Positions 12,034-21,136 of a stretch of DNA of 64,000 bases are shown here, piece after piece. The notes under the pieces were generated by a model that did not search any database, was not told the DNA's origin, and saw nothing but the letters and a program-made list of their open reading frames with translations. The stretch spans positions 702,911 through 766,910 of the forward strand of contig CAWEXV010000001.1 of assembly GCA_963813175.1 (NCBI GenBank). The letters run 5' to 3'. Numbering within the stretch: the stretch's first letter is position 1; each line of letters starts with the position of its first letter. Position numbers and translations under genes: made by a program. The DNA is from an uncultured Solirubrobacterales bacterium (GTDB lineage Bacteria > Actinomycetota > Thermoleophilia > Solirubrobacterales > Solirubrobacteraceae).

Positions 12034-12951
12034 CTACGACAAACGTTCCCATTCGAAGTTAGCCGCTCGATTTCGCCCGCCAAGGATCGACGTATAATTA
12101 GCTGAGGCAGAGTTGCCTTCACCACCAGTCACGGTGGCAGCAAAACCGCTAGCTTTGTTTTTCAAGCCGCCGAGGACCGAAGCATCAAGTCCTGCTTCAT
12201 TTTCAATACCACCGCTCACGGACGCCTGACCTTGTTTGGCGATGTTGCCTTCACCGCCGCTGATCGAGGCCATTTCGCCAGTGGCTTTGTTTTCATGGCC
12301 GCCGAGGACCGAGGCATCAAGGGCGGTCGCGGTATTGCCTTCACCGCCGCTGACCGAGGCCGATTTGGCGTTTGCAGTGTTCCTGTGACCGGCGGTGACC
12401 GAGGCGTATTCGCCGGCGGCGGTGTTTTCGGAGCCTGCGGTGACCGAAGCGTACGCCCCAGTGATGACGTTGTGGAAACCCGCGACAATGCCCCCGTAGC
12501 TTTCGAATACCTGTTCTCCTCCGAGGATCAGATTGTGCGAACCGGTCTGGACGCCCGGATGTTCGTCATAGCCGATCACGAGGTTACCCTTACCGTTCGT
12601 CGAGGCCGTCGTACCTGCGCCGTTGACAATCTGCACGTTGATGCCGGAGATCCGGATCGTTGGCTGGCCGTCGATCCCCGACGCTTCGTATTCCATGTGC
12701 GAGAGGACCTTTACGAGCGTCGGCAGTTCGGTGGCCGGCGGCAGCTCCACCGTGGTCGTTTCTTTCAAGCATTTCGCTTCTTTTGCTTCTTTGGCCGTTC
12801 CTCCCGAGGTCACCGCCGCGCCGGCCGTCGTCGGAACACACAGCCACGTCGGCGATTCCGCCCACGCAGCCGCAACCCCAAACGTCAACAGCAACGCGAT
12901 CACCGTAGTGCCTGCAAGAGCTGATCGGCTGATACCACATATGCGTTTCAT
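12034..12951 (-). CDS. Secreted protein with 14-aa ASVSGGxxNxA repeats (beta-helix/adhesin-like)
   Basis: Signal peptide then about eight ASV(S/T/L)(G/A)GxxNxA(xG) repeats. Confidence 0.75.
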   Translation of the reverse strand: MKRICGISRSALAGTTVIALLLTFGVAAAWAESPTWLCVPTTAGAAVTSGGTAKEAKEAKCLKETTTVELPPATELPTLVKVLSHMEYEASGIDGQPTIRISGINVQIVNGAGTTASTNGKGNLVIGYDEHPGVQTGSHNLILGGEQVFESYGGIVAGFHNVITGAYASVTAGSENTAAGEYASVTAGHRNTANAKSASVSGGEGNTATALDASVLGGHENKATGEMASISGGEGNIAKQGQASVSGGIENEAGLDASVLGGLKNKASGFAATVTGGEGNSASANYTSILGGRNRAANFEWERLS

Positions 12952-12971
12952 CGGAAAACCTCCATCTTAGT

Positions 12972-13075
12972 TTGGCGGACGTAGACGCCGAGCACCTGCT
13001 CGAGCTGGCGGCGGCGGTTGAGGATCAGGAGCCTGTTCAGACATTCCCATCCGTCGCTGCGCCCACTACGCTCAC
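12972..13075 (-). pseudogene. Remnant of an integrase-core (rve) IS transposase
   Basis: Minus strand reads ECLNRLLILNRRRQLEQVLGVYVRQ, like the ECLDxLLIxxxxHLxxVLxxYxxHYN segment of rve transposases; frame broken upstream. Confidence 0.6.
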
Positions 13076-13256
13076 TCTCCCCGAGCAGCAGCATGAGCCC
13101 ACCCTAGCCCCAAGAGCCACCCGCGGCAAACGCCGGTCAGCTCGCACAGACCCACAACTGTTCGCAAGGCTGGAAGATCCGGGGGAATGTTTCTGACTCC
13201 CGGCTTGCTTCTGCGCTCGCGTATCCAGTAGTTGGACCACCGGGCTACCCGCGCAC

Positions 13257-13850
13257 TCACGCGGGGCCGCATAGGAGCTCCAGCGCGGCAGCTCGGACCT
13301 GCGCGGCGGCCGCGCTCCCAGTTAGGGCGTGCACGATCTCGCGTCGCTGATAGACCGCAAGCACTGCGCGGCCAGCCTCTTGGTGCAGCCGTTGGCGTGT
13401 GATGATTGCCTTCTGGGTCGTGTCGTCCGAGCGTGCCCGTTGCTGCTCACCTACGCGCGCGTAGATTCGTGCCCTGGCCAGCTCGGGCGGGAGAGTGATA
13501 TTGAGCACGACTGACGGGCAGATACCGGCGAGCAGCCCGTCGAGCATCGCGACCTGCCCGGTGGTGCGAGGGAATCCGTCGAGCACAAAGCCAGCTTGCT
13601 GATCGGCGGCTTGAATGTCGTGAGCGACGAGCTCCCACGCCGTTTGGTCTGAGACGAAGCCCCCAGAGGCAAGCGTTGCGGCGATCTGTGGGTCCCGGTC
13701 AGCGGCCATTCTCAGGCGCTCCCCGATCCCGATGTAGGCGAGCGATAGAGCCGCGCAGACAGCTCGGGCGAGCGTGCTCTTCCCAGCGCCGGGAGGACCT
13801 AGCACCGCCACCCGCTGTGCACTTACAAGGCCTCGCGAGGGGTGTCTCAC
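13257..13850 (-). CDS. Adenylate-kinase-like nucleoside monophosphate kinase
   Basis: GPPGAGKST P-loop, GERLR, LDGFPRTxxQ, RSDD; GTG at 13850 overlaps the upstream TGA (GTGA). Confidence 0.85.
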   Translation of the reverse strand: MRHPSRGLVSAQRVAVLGPPGAGKSTLARAVCAALSLAYIGIGERLRMAADRDPQIAATLASGGFVSDQTAWELVAHDIQAADQQAGFVLDGFPRTTGQVAMLDGLLAGICPSVVLNITLPPELARARIYARVGEQQRARSDDTTQKAIITRQRLHQEAGRAVLAVYQRREIVHALTGSAAAAQVRAAALELLCGPA

Positions 13851-14461
13851 TCCCACCAGCGGACAGGCTGGTCGGAGGCGTGGAGCGCGAACATGTAGAT
13901 CTGCGCCTCGATTCTTTGGTCGATAAGCTCGCCGTTATACGGCATGCCAGCTGCGCGAAAGCGCGTGCGGGTCATCTCCTTCGCTGCCCGGTTGGCGGGA
14001 TTCACGCCGCAAAGATCAAACGCATACTCAGGCTGCAGGAATAGGAAAATACGATCGGAGTCCCGGGTGTGCTTACTGTGGTTGGCCGGATAGCAGGGCG
14101 CGAACACGTTTACGAACAGGCGCAGATCCGCGAACTCGAACTGCCACTCGACTGTGTCGAACGGCCCCTTCATACAATCGCTGGCAGCCGGATCGTGAGC
14201 GTTAAGGCTGTGGAGCGCTTCCTTCAAGGATGCCTCTACGCAGCGGATACTGGCAGCATCGCGCCCAGCGATCTCGAGTACGAATCCGTGCGAGCGTTCC
14301 TTGCGCGCGGTATCCGCCCAGTCCGCTAGGGCCGTGGCGTTTCGAGCCCAGTTCGCCTCGGCGGGGTCAGCGGGCGTCCATCGTGAGCCGTAGCGGACTC
14401 GGGCGCTCTTCGCGTATGGGCAGAGAGTCGAGTTCTTTATGGCAGCAAAGCCCTCAGCCAT
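13847..14461 (-). CDS. YqcI/YcgG-family protein (DcsA-like)
   Basis: CPYA, WQFEFADLRLFVNVFAPCY, FLFLQP motifs. Confidence 0.65.
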   Translation of the reverse strand: MAEGFAAIKNSTLCPYAKSARVRYGSRWTPADPAEANWARNATALADWADTARKERSHGFVLEIAGRDAASIRCVEASLKEALHSLNAHDPAASDCMKGPFDTVEWQFEFADLRLFVNVFAPCYPANHSKHTRDSDRIFLFLQPEYAFDLCGVNPANRAAKEMTRTRFRAAGMPYNGELIDQRIEAQIYMFALHASDQPVRWWE

Positions 14462-14466
14462 GTGAC

Positions 14467-15096
14467 TCAGCCGGTTGTGGGCAGCGCCGGATCCCTCCAG
14501 TCGCCGGCGGTCAGTCGGTTCTTGGTGCCCAGATGCCAGTCGTGAGGGTCAGTGTCGTAGATCTGCTCGAACATTCGACGGGCGGTCTCGGTTCGCAGCT
14601 GCGTTCGAACGCGCTGGCGTGTCTCGTGCAGTGTCGTCTTGAAGTTCGGGCCGCGCGAGGCGCACTCCATCAGCTCAAAGTCGCAGTCGAGGTTGTCGGC
14701 ATCCTTGACGATCTGAGACTCCAGCGTGAGCTGTGCTTGGTACTCCTGCCACAGGTCCATCACATCCCTTTCGACGGAGGTGCCGCGTACAGCGTCCTGC
14801 ATCGCCTGGGTCTCATCACGGTCCACGTACATGCGGGTCACGTAGTTGACGTCGCCCGTACGCGTCTCAGCGAGGTCGTGGATGAGCGCGAGCGCAACCA
14901 CCCTCGCGGCATCGGCCGCCTCGTGCTTGGCGAGCGTGAGCGCCAGCCAGATCACCCGGAGGCTGTGCTCGGCGACGTTTGCGAGACGCTGATCGTTTCC
15001 GAACTGCACCCAGGCCCTAGCGACCTGCCGCAACGTCCCGAGCTCATACAACAGTTCGGTGTCGCGTCGCAGGCTGCCGTTGTCGTGCTGATGCAT
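14467..15096 (-). CDS. HD-domain phosphohydrolase (YfbR/HDDC2-like nucleotidase)
   Basis: LRQVARAW, NVAEHS, HDLAETRTGD, KDADNLD. Confidence 0.85.
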   Translation of the reverse strand: MHQHDNGSLRRDTELLYELGTLRQVARAWVQFGNDQRLANVAEHSLRVIWLALTLAKHEAADAARVVALALIHDLAETRTGDVNYVTRMYVDRDETQAMQDAVRGTSVERDVMDLWQEYQAQLTLESQIVKDADNLDCDFELMECASRGPNFKTTLHETRQRVRTQLRTETARRMFEQIYDTDPHDWHLGTKNRLTAGDWRDPALPTTG

Positions 15097-15124
15097 GCCG
15101 ATGCCTCCGGAGTTAGGTCCTAGG

Positions 15125-16972
15125 CTACCCTCTCGAGCGTCCGAGTCCAGTGAGTTCCTCGGAGTCGATGCGCTCGATCAGGCTCCGCGCGTATGCGGCC
15201 GCAGCTGCCGCCGCATAGTAGTGCCAGTCGTCGTTCTTATTCTGATCGCCGTAGTCGCATACGCCCCGGATGATCCCGTACGACTGGCTGTGGTCCCAGG
15301 CCGCACTCCCGATGCCGGTGGCCTCCATCTCGATCGCGCGCAGCCCGTGGGCGCTAGCCATCTGGTCACGGAAAGATCCGTCCCGGACCAGGATGTTTGA
15401 GGAGCCGATCAAACCTCGGAACACTCTGGGGTTGCCGCTCCGGCGGTTGGGGTCTGAGGGATGACGGACCTTCTTCAGATCCGGGCCATATAGGACATCT
15501 TTGCGGGCGGCTGGTCTCGCGAACACTGCGTTCGTTGTGAGGCGCTCAAGGTGAGCCTCCCAAGGGCGCGCACTGAAACTCAGCTCGTCGGCGTCCAGCG
15601 CATTCATCGCACCGATCATCACTGCGCTTGGGGGAGGCAGCGCATCACGGTGTTCTAGGCCCCGCTCTCCTGCTACGCCGGCCGTGAAGCCGACAACTCC
15701 CTGACGATCCGAGACCACGACGTCGCCGAGGCGGACGTGCTTCGAGGACTCGTTAGGGCATGGCACGCCGCAGGCGATACCAACCATCAGCACGAGGCGC
15801 ACCCCGGGGAAGCTCCGCAGGAGGTTCGTTGCGGCGGTGGCGGCACTCTCGATACCTGCTCGCTTAAGCTCCGTGAGCGCGACTCTGTGCGCGCCATGCG
15901 GCTGGCCGTCGCGAAACGCGGGAATCGTGCCCACGACATAGGTGTTGGGGTCAGCGGCAGCCCTGCGGGACACGGGTGAGTCGAGCATGGCGCGCATCGC
16001 CGCGAGCTCCTCCGGTAGGGCAGTGATGATGCCGATCGTACAGTCCGTATAGCCCATGTTCGGGATCTGGTGCTCTCCGGCGGCAACCTCGGCGGCCTGC
16101 ATCGCGAGTTCGTAGTGGAAGGCGCTAAGTGGCTCTCTGCCTTGAAGGACCTTCCAAAGGTCTTGCCATTGCGGCGATCGCTTAAAGCGCAGCAGCTCTC
16201 CGATGTTCGCGTAGTCGAGCAACGCCATCAGGCTGAGCGCCTGGAAGTCGGTGACCGTCTGGCGGTAGGACAAAGCGACCTTGGCGTTCATCGCGTATGG
16301 ACTAGCGAGGAACACCAACTCCCCCACGATCTTCGCGTTCAGGGCTTGGGCATAACCGTCGATGTAAGCCGGCTCGATGATCGTGCCGATCGTGCTCGTC
16401 GCCACCTCGACGCGACGCCTGGCCAGCAACTCGTGGACATGCTCAGAAATAAAGGCCGTCTCCTCCAGCATGTCCGGGACGCGCTCCCAGGCACTCTCGA
16501 TCCGGACGAGGGGGGCGTCGCTGGCCCTCTCGCCGAGGACCCGCTCCAGTGCCCCGTCCTCCAAAACACTCATCCAGCGGGCAGTGATCGCCTTGCGAGA
16601 TGACCCGACCTTCTGCTGGTAAGGCGGCGGAGGGATCTCGGGCATCGTCGTGTAGGCGCCGGGGATACCGCCGGGAAGGCCGCGTGGATACTGTGGAAGC
16701 TTCTCCTCACGATGCTCCTCGAGCGACTCTTGCGAGGCGGAGACATAGACACCTCCGAGCTCCACCAGCTCGCTATGGTTGGCGAGCACGAGCCGGGCGA
16801 GCTCTCCCTCGAAGTACGAGGAGGCCGGCATGTAGAGGTGGTCGGCGGCGAGTGCCGCGAGACGGAACGCACGTCTGGCCTCGGTGGCAAGTCTCAGCTC
16901 ACTCGTGTGTCCGCCGAGCTGGGCACGGCGGTAGTGGTAGAGATCGAGGAAGTGCAGGTAGATACGCGACAC
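15125..16972 (-). CDS. Unknown N-terminal domain fused to a PNP/MTA-SAH nucleosidase domain
   Basis: C-terminal about 300 aa: IGIITALPEE, MVGIACGVP, RLGDVVVS, AIEMEA, IRGVCDY; N-terminal about 300 aa not recognised. Confidence 0.8.
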   Translation of the reverse strand: MSRIYLHFLDLYHYRRAQLGGHTSELRLATEARRAFRLAALAADHLYMPASSYFEGELARLVLANHSELVELGGVYVSASQESLEEHREEKLPQYPRGLPGGIPGAYTTMPEIPPPPYQQKVGSSRKAITARWMSVLEDGALERVLGERASDAPLVRIESAWERVPDMLEETAFISEHVHELLARRRVEVATSTIGTIIEPAYIDGYAQALNAKIVGELVFLASPYAMNAKVALSYRQTVTDFQALSLMALLDYANIGELLRFKRSPQWQDLWKVLQGREPLSAFHYELAMQAAEVAAGEHQIPNMGYTDCTIGIITALPEELAAMRAMLDSPVSRRAAADPNTYVVGTIPAFRDGQPHGAHRVALTELKRAGIESAATAATNLLRSFPGVRLVLMVGIACGVPCPNESSKHVRLGDVVVSDRQGVVGFTAGVAGERGLEHRDALPPPSAVMIGAMNALDADELSFSARPWEAHLERLTTNAVFARPAARKDVLYGPDLKKVRHPSDPNRRSGNPRVFRGLIGSSNILVRDGSFRDQMASAHGLRAIEMEATGIGSAAWDHSQSYGIIRGVCDYGDQNKNDDWHYYAAAAAAAYARSLIERIDSEELTGLGRSRG

Positions 16973-17428
16973 GGCTGTCGCTTTCTCTCGCGACAGGACT
17001 CAGCCTGACGGTGTCGATGAGGCGCGCTGAAACGCCAGGCAGTAGATGTTCTCCTCACGGTCGCTGCGCGGGAGAATCTCAAGGTTAGTGAGCGTTAGAT
17101 GCTCGGCGAGCAGCACGCTGATCAGCTTCTCAACGCGCGTGGCGTGGAAGGATTCGCGTGTCTTCGTAAAGTGGTCGACCTTCTCAAGCACGGCGTGGCC
17201 GGTCAGGAAAGCCGCAAATGCCTCCCGGGGTTCGGATGCTGCGTATAGGTCGGCCAGCACGTCGGGCAGGTAGAGCAGCAGCTTGCCCCCAGGGTTCAGC
17301 ATCCCCCGCAAGTTGATCGCGAGCTGCTGGGTGATCTGGAGCTCAAGGGTCGTGAACACTACGAAGGCGACATCCCCATGAGTATCGCCCGGGGGCGTAG
17401 TGCCAGTCAGGTCATGGGCGAGCGTTGC

Positions 17429-18902
17429 GAGGTTGTCCCGTTCGCCGTAGAAGTTCGTGGTGGCGGCCGGGTGTGATGGTTACACGGTTGCTGCGGTGGG
17501 CGTGTTCTCCTTGGTCGTGGTGTGAGTGGGCGCGTGCTGTGCCGCGAGGTCTCGTTCGACGGCGAGGGCGAGCTTCGCGAGGTCGGTGTAGCCGACGACC
17601 TTACGGAACTGGGTCTCGGCCTCGAGCATCCCGGCGGCGGTCCATCGGAGGCACATGTCTCCGTTTTGCCAGCGCTTCACGTTGCGTGAGGTGCGTTGGA
17701 TGATCTCGATCATCGACTCGATCGGGTTCGTCGAGGCGAGCGTCTTCTTCAGGCGCCCACGGACCCCGAGGCGTGTGAGGGTGAGGGTCTCCTCCAAGCC
17801 CTCGGCGAGCGACGCGGCCGCTCCGGGATGGGAGTGTTCGAGCTCTGATGCGAGGATCCGCAGACCGTCCAGCGCGCGCGCGTGGTTATCGCTGGACCAC
17901 GCGCGCCGCAAGCGCGCCTTCACGGCGGGGCGGTCGCGCTCGGGGAGGTGATCCAGGACGTTGCGTTCCTTGTGACGAACACATCGCTGCACCGGCACGG
18001 GGCCGAAGATCTCATCAACGGCTGCCCGCAGTGCCTTACTGCCGTCCAGGACGACAAGGACGCCCTGCTCGACGTCAAGGCCACGGCTGACGAGATCGGC
18101 GAGGAGGTGAGCGGTGACTGTCTTGTTCTCCGTGGAGCCATCCCATAATCCCAGCGGGATCTTCACTCCCTCGGTGCTGACGCCGAGCGCGACGATCGCG
18201 CAGCGGCCCTTCAGCTCGATCCCGTCGACCATCAACGCCGCGAGGCGCACGTCTCCCAGATCGCGGCTCATCAGTGCGTCCAGGTGCTCACGCGTGCGGC
18301 CAACGAACTCGCGGCTGACCGCTGACTTCGACGCCGAGCGCTCACTGGCTCTCACCTGCTCCCCAACGGGCTCACGGGTTCTTGAGAACCGGCGGGTGCT
18401 GACACCCGCGAGCATCTGCTCCAACACGACACGCGTCAACGGGTCACGGTCAGCGAAATACGCGTACGTCGCCAACGGCACCTCGTGCTCCCCATCAGCG
18501 CTCCTGGCACGCGGACGCTTCACCGCGACCCGCCGGCCACCAAGAGTGACCTCGCCATCCTCGTGACCGTGACGCACCGCGGTGCGCTCCGGGATCATGG
18601 CGTGCTTGGCGCCGACGACCTCATCCAGCTCGGCCTCCATCATCTCGCTGAGCACCCCCAGCCCAACACCGACGCTCAACGCGAGCAGCCCGTCCTTCGC
18701 CGCACCAGCCAGCTCCCCCAGCGCATCCAGCACCCCTGGCGGCAACACATGCTCTGGGCGTGCGTCCTGCTCCTGCTCTACGGTCATCATGGCGGTTCCT
18801 CTCGTCTCAATGGACTTGTTCGCACTCGCCACGGTCCCAGCGGGACCGGACGAGGCGAGAGAACCGCCACCTACGAACTTCTACACGCTACGGGACAACC
18901 TC
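17429..18902 (-). mobile_element. IS256-family insertion sequence, complete
   Basis: Terminal IRs gaggttgtcccgt(n5)gtagaagttcgt; 9-bp target duplication GAGCGTTGC at 17420-17428 and 18903-18911. Confidence 0.95.
17480..18832 (-). CDS. IS256-family transposase
   Basis: LMVDGI, VVLDGSKAL, QRCVRHKERN, STNPIESM. Confidence 0.95.
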   Translation of the reverse strand: MASANKSIETRGTAMMTVEQEQDARPEHVLPPGVLDALGELAGAAKDGLLALSVGVGLGVLSEMMEAELDEVVGAKHAMIPERTAVRHGHEDGEVTLGGRRVAVKRPRARSADGEHEVPLATYAYFADRDPLTRVVLEQMLAGVSTRRFSRTREPVGEQVRASERSASKSAVSREFVGRTREHLDALMSRDLGDVRLAALMVDGIELKGRCAIVALGVSTEGVKIPLGLWDGSTENKTVTAHLLADLVSRGLDVEQGVLVVLDGSKALRAAVDEIFGPVPVQRCVRHKERNVLDHLPERDRPAVKARLRRAWSSDNHARALDGLRILASELEHSHPGAAASLAEGLEETLTLTRLGVRGRLKKTLASTNPIESMIEIIQRTSRNVKRWQNGDMCLRWTAAGMLEAETQFRKVVGYTDLAKLALAVERDLAAQHAPTHTTTKENTPTAATV

Positions 18903-19346
18903 GAGCGTTGCAATCGTGTAGCTCGGCGACATCGACGCGAGTGCATAGCGCAATAGCTGCTCGTCGATGTCCACCAGAGTCCAGGAGATCCCGGCCGCCC
19001 AGGGCGCGCGTGCGAGCGCGCGCGTGATGTAGCCGGTACCTGACCCGAGATCGAGCACCGATTGTGCGCCCGAAGAGCGAAGGACGCTTTCGAGGTGCGG
19101 GATGACGACCTCGTTGCGCACCCGATCGGTCGCGCAACCCTGGTCCCAGGCGTCAGGGTCGCGGGCGGCTCGGGCGCGGCTCATGGCAGATGCTGATTTC
19201 ATGGCTGTGACGCTGTCGGGAACGACGATCCTCCGATGGGACGCCTCAAAAGATACTTCGCTAATAGCGGCATCGCGGCGAGATATTCGGATGGTCGGAC
19301 CCGAGCAGCTGGATCCGTCCGTTGCTGGCCGTAGCATTCGCTGGTC

Positions 19347-21050
19347 ATGAGCGCTTTGGAACCTCTGGACGACACACAGCTCCAGCGCAAGGCTCGGGGA
19401 GCCTTCTATACCCCCCAACCGATCGCAGATTATCTTGCGGAGTGGGCGATCGAAGGAGATCCGCGCGCAAGCGTCCTTGACCCCACATGCGGCGAGTCGG
19501 TGTTCTTGCAAGCCGCCGGGGTGCGTCTTAGAGCTCTCGGGGCTGACCGTGCCCAGCTGAGGAGCCAGGTGCTCGGCGTTGACCTTCATGAGCAGTCCGT
19601 GCGGCAGTCGATCTCAGATCTCGCCGCCCAAGGGCTGGACGCGTCGCTGCTCGTCGAGGATTTCTTTGAGCTCTCCCCACCAAACCGACTGGATGCACGG
19701 CTTCCCTATGTCGATGCGGTGATCGGCAACCCGCCGTTCATCCGTTTCCAGAACCACTCAGGCATGGAACGTAAGCGGGCTCAGCGACGGGCACTGGAGC
19801 AGGGCGTCCGTCTATCCGGACTCGCGTCTTCCTGGGCGGCTCTGGTCGTTCACGCGTGCTCGTTCTTGAAGCCCGAGGGCCGCTTGGCGATGGTCCTGCC
19901 GACGGAGCTGCTGACGACCGGCTATGCCGAGCACATCAGGCTATGGCTGAAGCGTCGCTTCAAGGCCGTCCATCTCGTGATGTTCGAGCGGCTGCAGTTC
20001 GAGGACGCCACTGAGAAGGTGCTTCTCGTACTGGCACGTGGCACGGGCGGATGCAAGGCCTTCACGCTCGTGCCAGTCGAAGATGCTGAGCAGCTGCAGG
20101 AGATCCGCATGTTCGGTCCGATGCACTTGAGCGTTGCTCCGCCCCACGAGGGCAAGTGGACCGATCTGCTGCTCCCGGTCGAGCACCGCCAGCTCTATGA
20201 CCGGATTGTTGATGACCATTTCATCGAGCTGCGCGAATACGGCGTGCCCTCGCTGGGGACGGTTACGGGCGCAAACGGGTTCTTCTGTATCACCGAGCAG
20301 ACTCGTCGCGAATACGGCATCGCCGAACGTCATCTCGCGCCGATCTGTCCGCCGGGATCCAAGCACCTGAAGGGCCTCGCTTTCTCCCGACGAGACTGGA
20401 AGCGTCTACGCGACGCTGGCGAGCGCGTGTGGATGCTGGTACCCGACTCCGAGGGGCGCTTTGAGGGCGGGCTACGCCGATATCTGCACGAGGGCGAGCA
20501 GCAGGGAATACCTGACGGGTACAAGTGTCGGGTGCGAACCCTTTGGTATCGACCACCGCTGGTCGAGCCACCGGATCTGTTCTTCACGTACATGTCCCAC
20601 CGTTATCCGCGGCTAATCAGCAACAGCGCCCGGGTTTCGTTCGTGAACTCGATGCACGGCATCCGCCTCTCGCACGGCCTGCCGCGCGAGGTCAAGGCGG
20701 CCTTGCCGATCCTGATGCTCAACTCCGCGACTATGCTCGGCGCCGAGCTGCATGGCCGTGGGTACGGCGGAGGACTTCTGAAGATGGAGCCCCGGGAGGC
20801 GGGGATCCTACCGGTCCCGCGACCGGAGTTCCTGCAGGCCGCCTGGCAGCGACTAAGGCCAGACCGGGCGCGGCTAGATCGGGCGCTGTCCAATGGCTTG
20901 TGGACAGGTGTGCTCAAGCGCGTCGATGAGGCACTGCTACGCGACGCGTGCCGTGTGCCTGACCGAGAGGTAGCCGCGTTGCATCTAGCGTCTCGGGAAT
21001 TGCGAAGCGCCCGCATGAGCATCGCTCATGCCAGTGCGCAAGGCCACTGA
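19347..21050 (+). CDS. N6-adenine DNA methyltransferase (gamma class, Eco57I/TaqI-like)
   Basis: GAFYTP, VLDPTCGESVFL, GNPPF; C-terminal GRGYGGGLLKMEPRE. Confidence 0.9.
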   Translation: MSALEPLDDTQLQRKARGAFYTPQPIADYLAEWAIEGDPRASVLDPTCGESVFLQAAGVRLRALGADRAQLRSQVLGVDLHEQSVRQSISDLAAQGLDASLLVEDFFELSPPNRLDARLPYVDAVIGNPPFIRFQNHSGMERKRAQRRALEQGVRLSGLASSWAALVVHACSFLKPEGRLAMVLPTELLTTGYAEHIRLWLKRRFKAVHLVMFERLQFEDATEKVLLVLARGTGGCKAFTLVPVEDAEQLQEIRMFGPMHLSVAPPHEGKWTDLLLPVEHRQLYDRIVDDHFIELREYGVPSLGTVTGANGFFCITEQTRREYGIAERHLAPICPPGSKHLKGLAFSRRDWKRLRDAGERVWMLVPDSEGRFEGGLRRYLHEGEQQGIPDGYKCRVRTLWYRPPLVEPPDLFFTYMSHRYPRLISNSARVSFVNSMHGIRLSHGLPREVKAALPILMLNSATMLGAELHGRGYGGGLLKMEPREAGILPVPRPEFLQAAWQRLRPDRARLDRALSNGLWTGVLKRVDEALLRDACRVPDREVAALHLASRELRSARMSIAHASAQGH

Positions 21051-21136
21051 GGGCGTCTTCAGATGCGAACACAATGATATCGTTGTGCTAGATTTGGAGT
21101 GGACCCGGTTTCGCGGACAGTCGCGGGCTTGGCTGG

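Larger units (their letters stand above)
17000..19184 (-). pseudogene. Class I SAM-dependent methyltransferase interrupted by IS256
   Basis: 5' half (19184-18903) has VLDLGSGTG and LVDID; removing the IS and one TSD joins it in frame: ...YTIATL-AHDLTGTTPPGDTHGDVAFVVFTTLE...LNPGGKLLL. Confidence 0.9.

Noticed and set aside
11600-13300. A second copy of the tRNA att core at the left edge of island 1
   Set aside because: I could not find ggcgggagcgacggg or its complement by eye, so the left boundary stays approximate
18888-19589. ORF-track start at 19589 for the split MTase (and extended starts at 3320, 1513, 29339, 45006)
   Set aside because: The extensions overlap other genes and look non-coding; downstream ATGs fit the domain starts better
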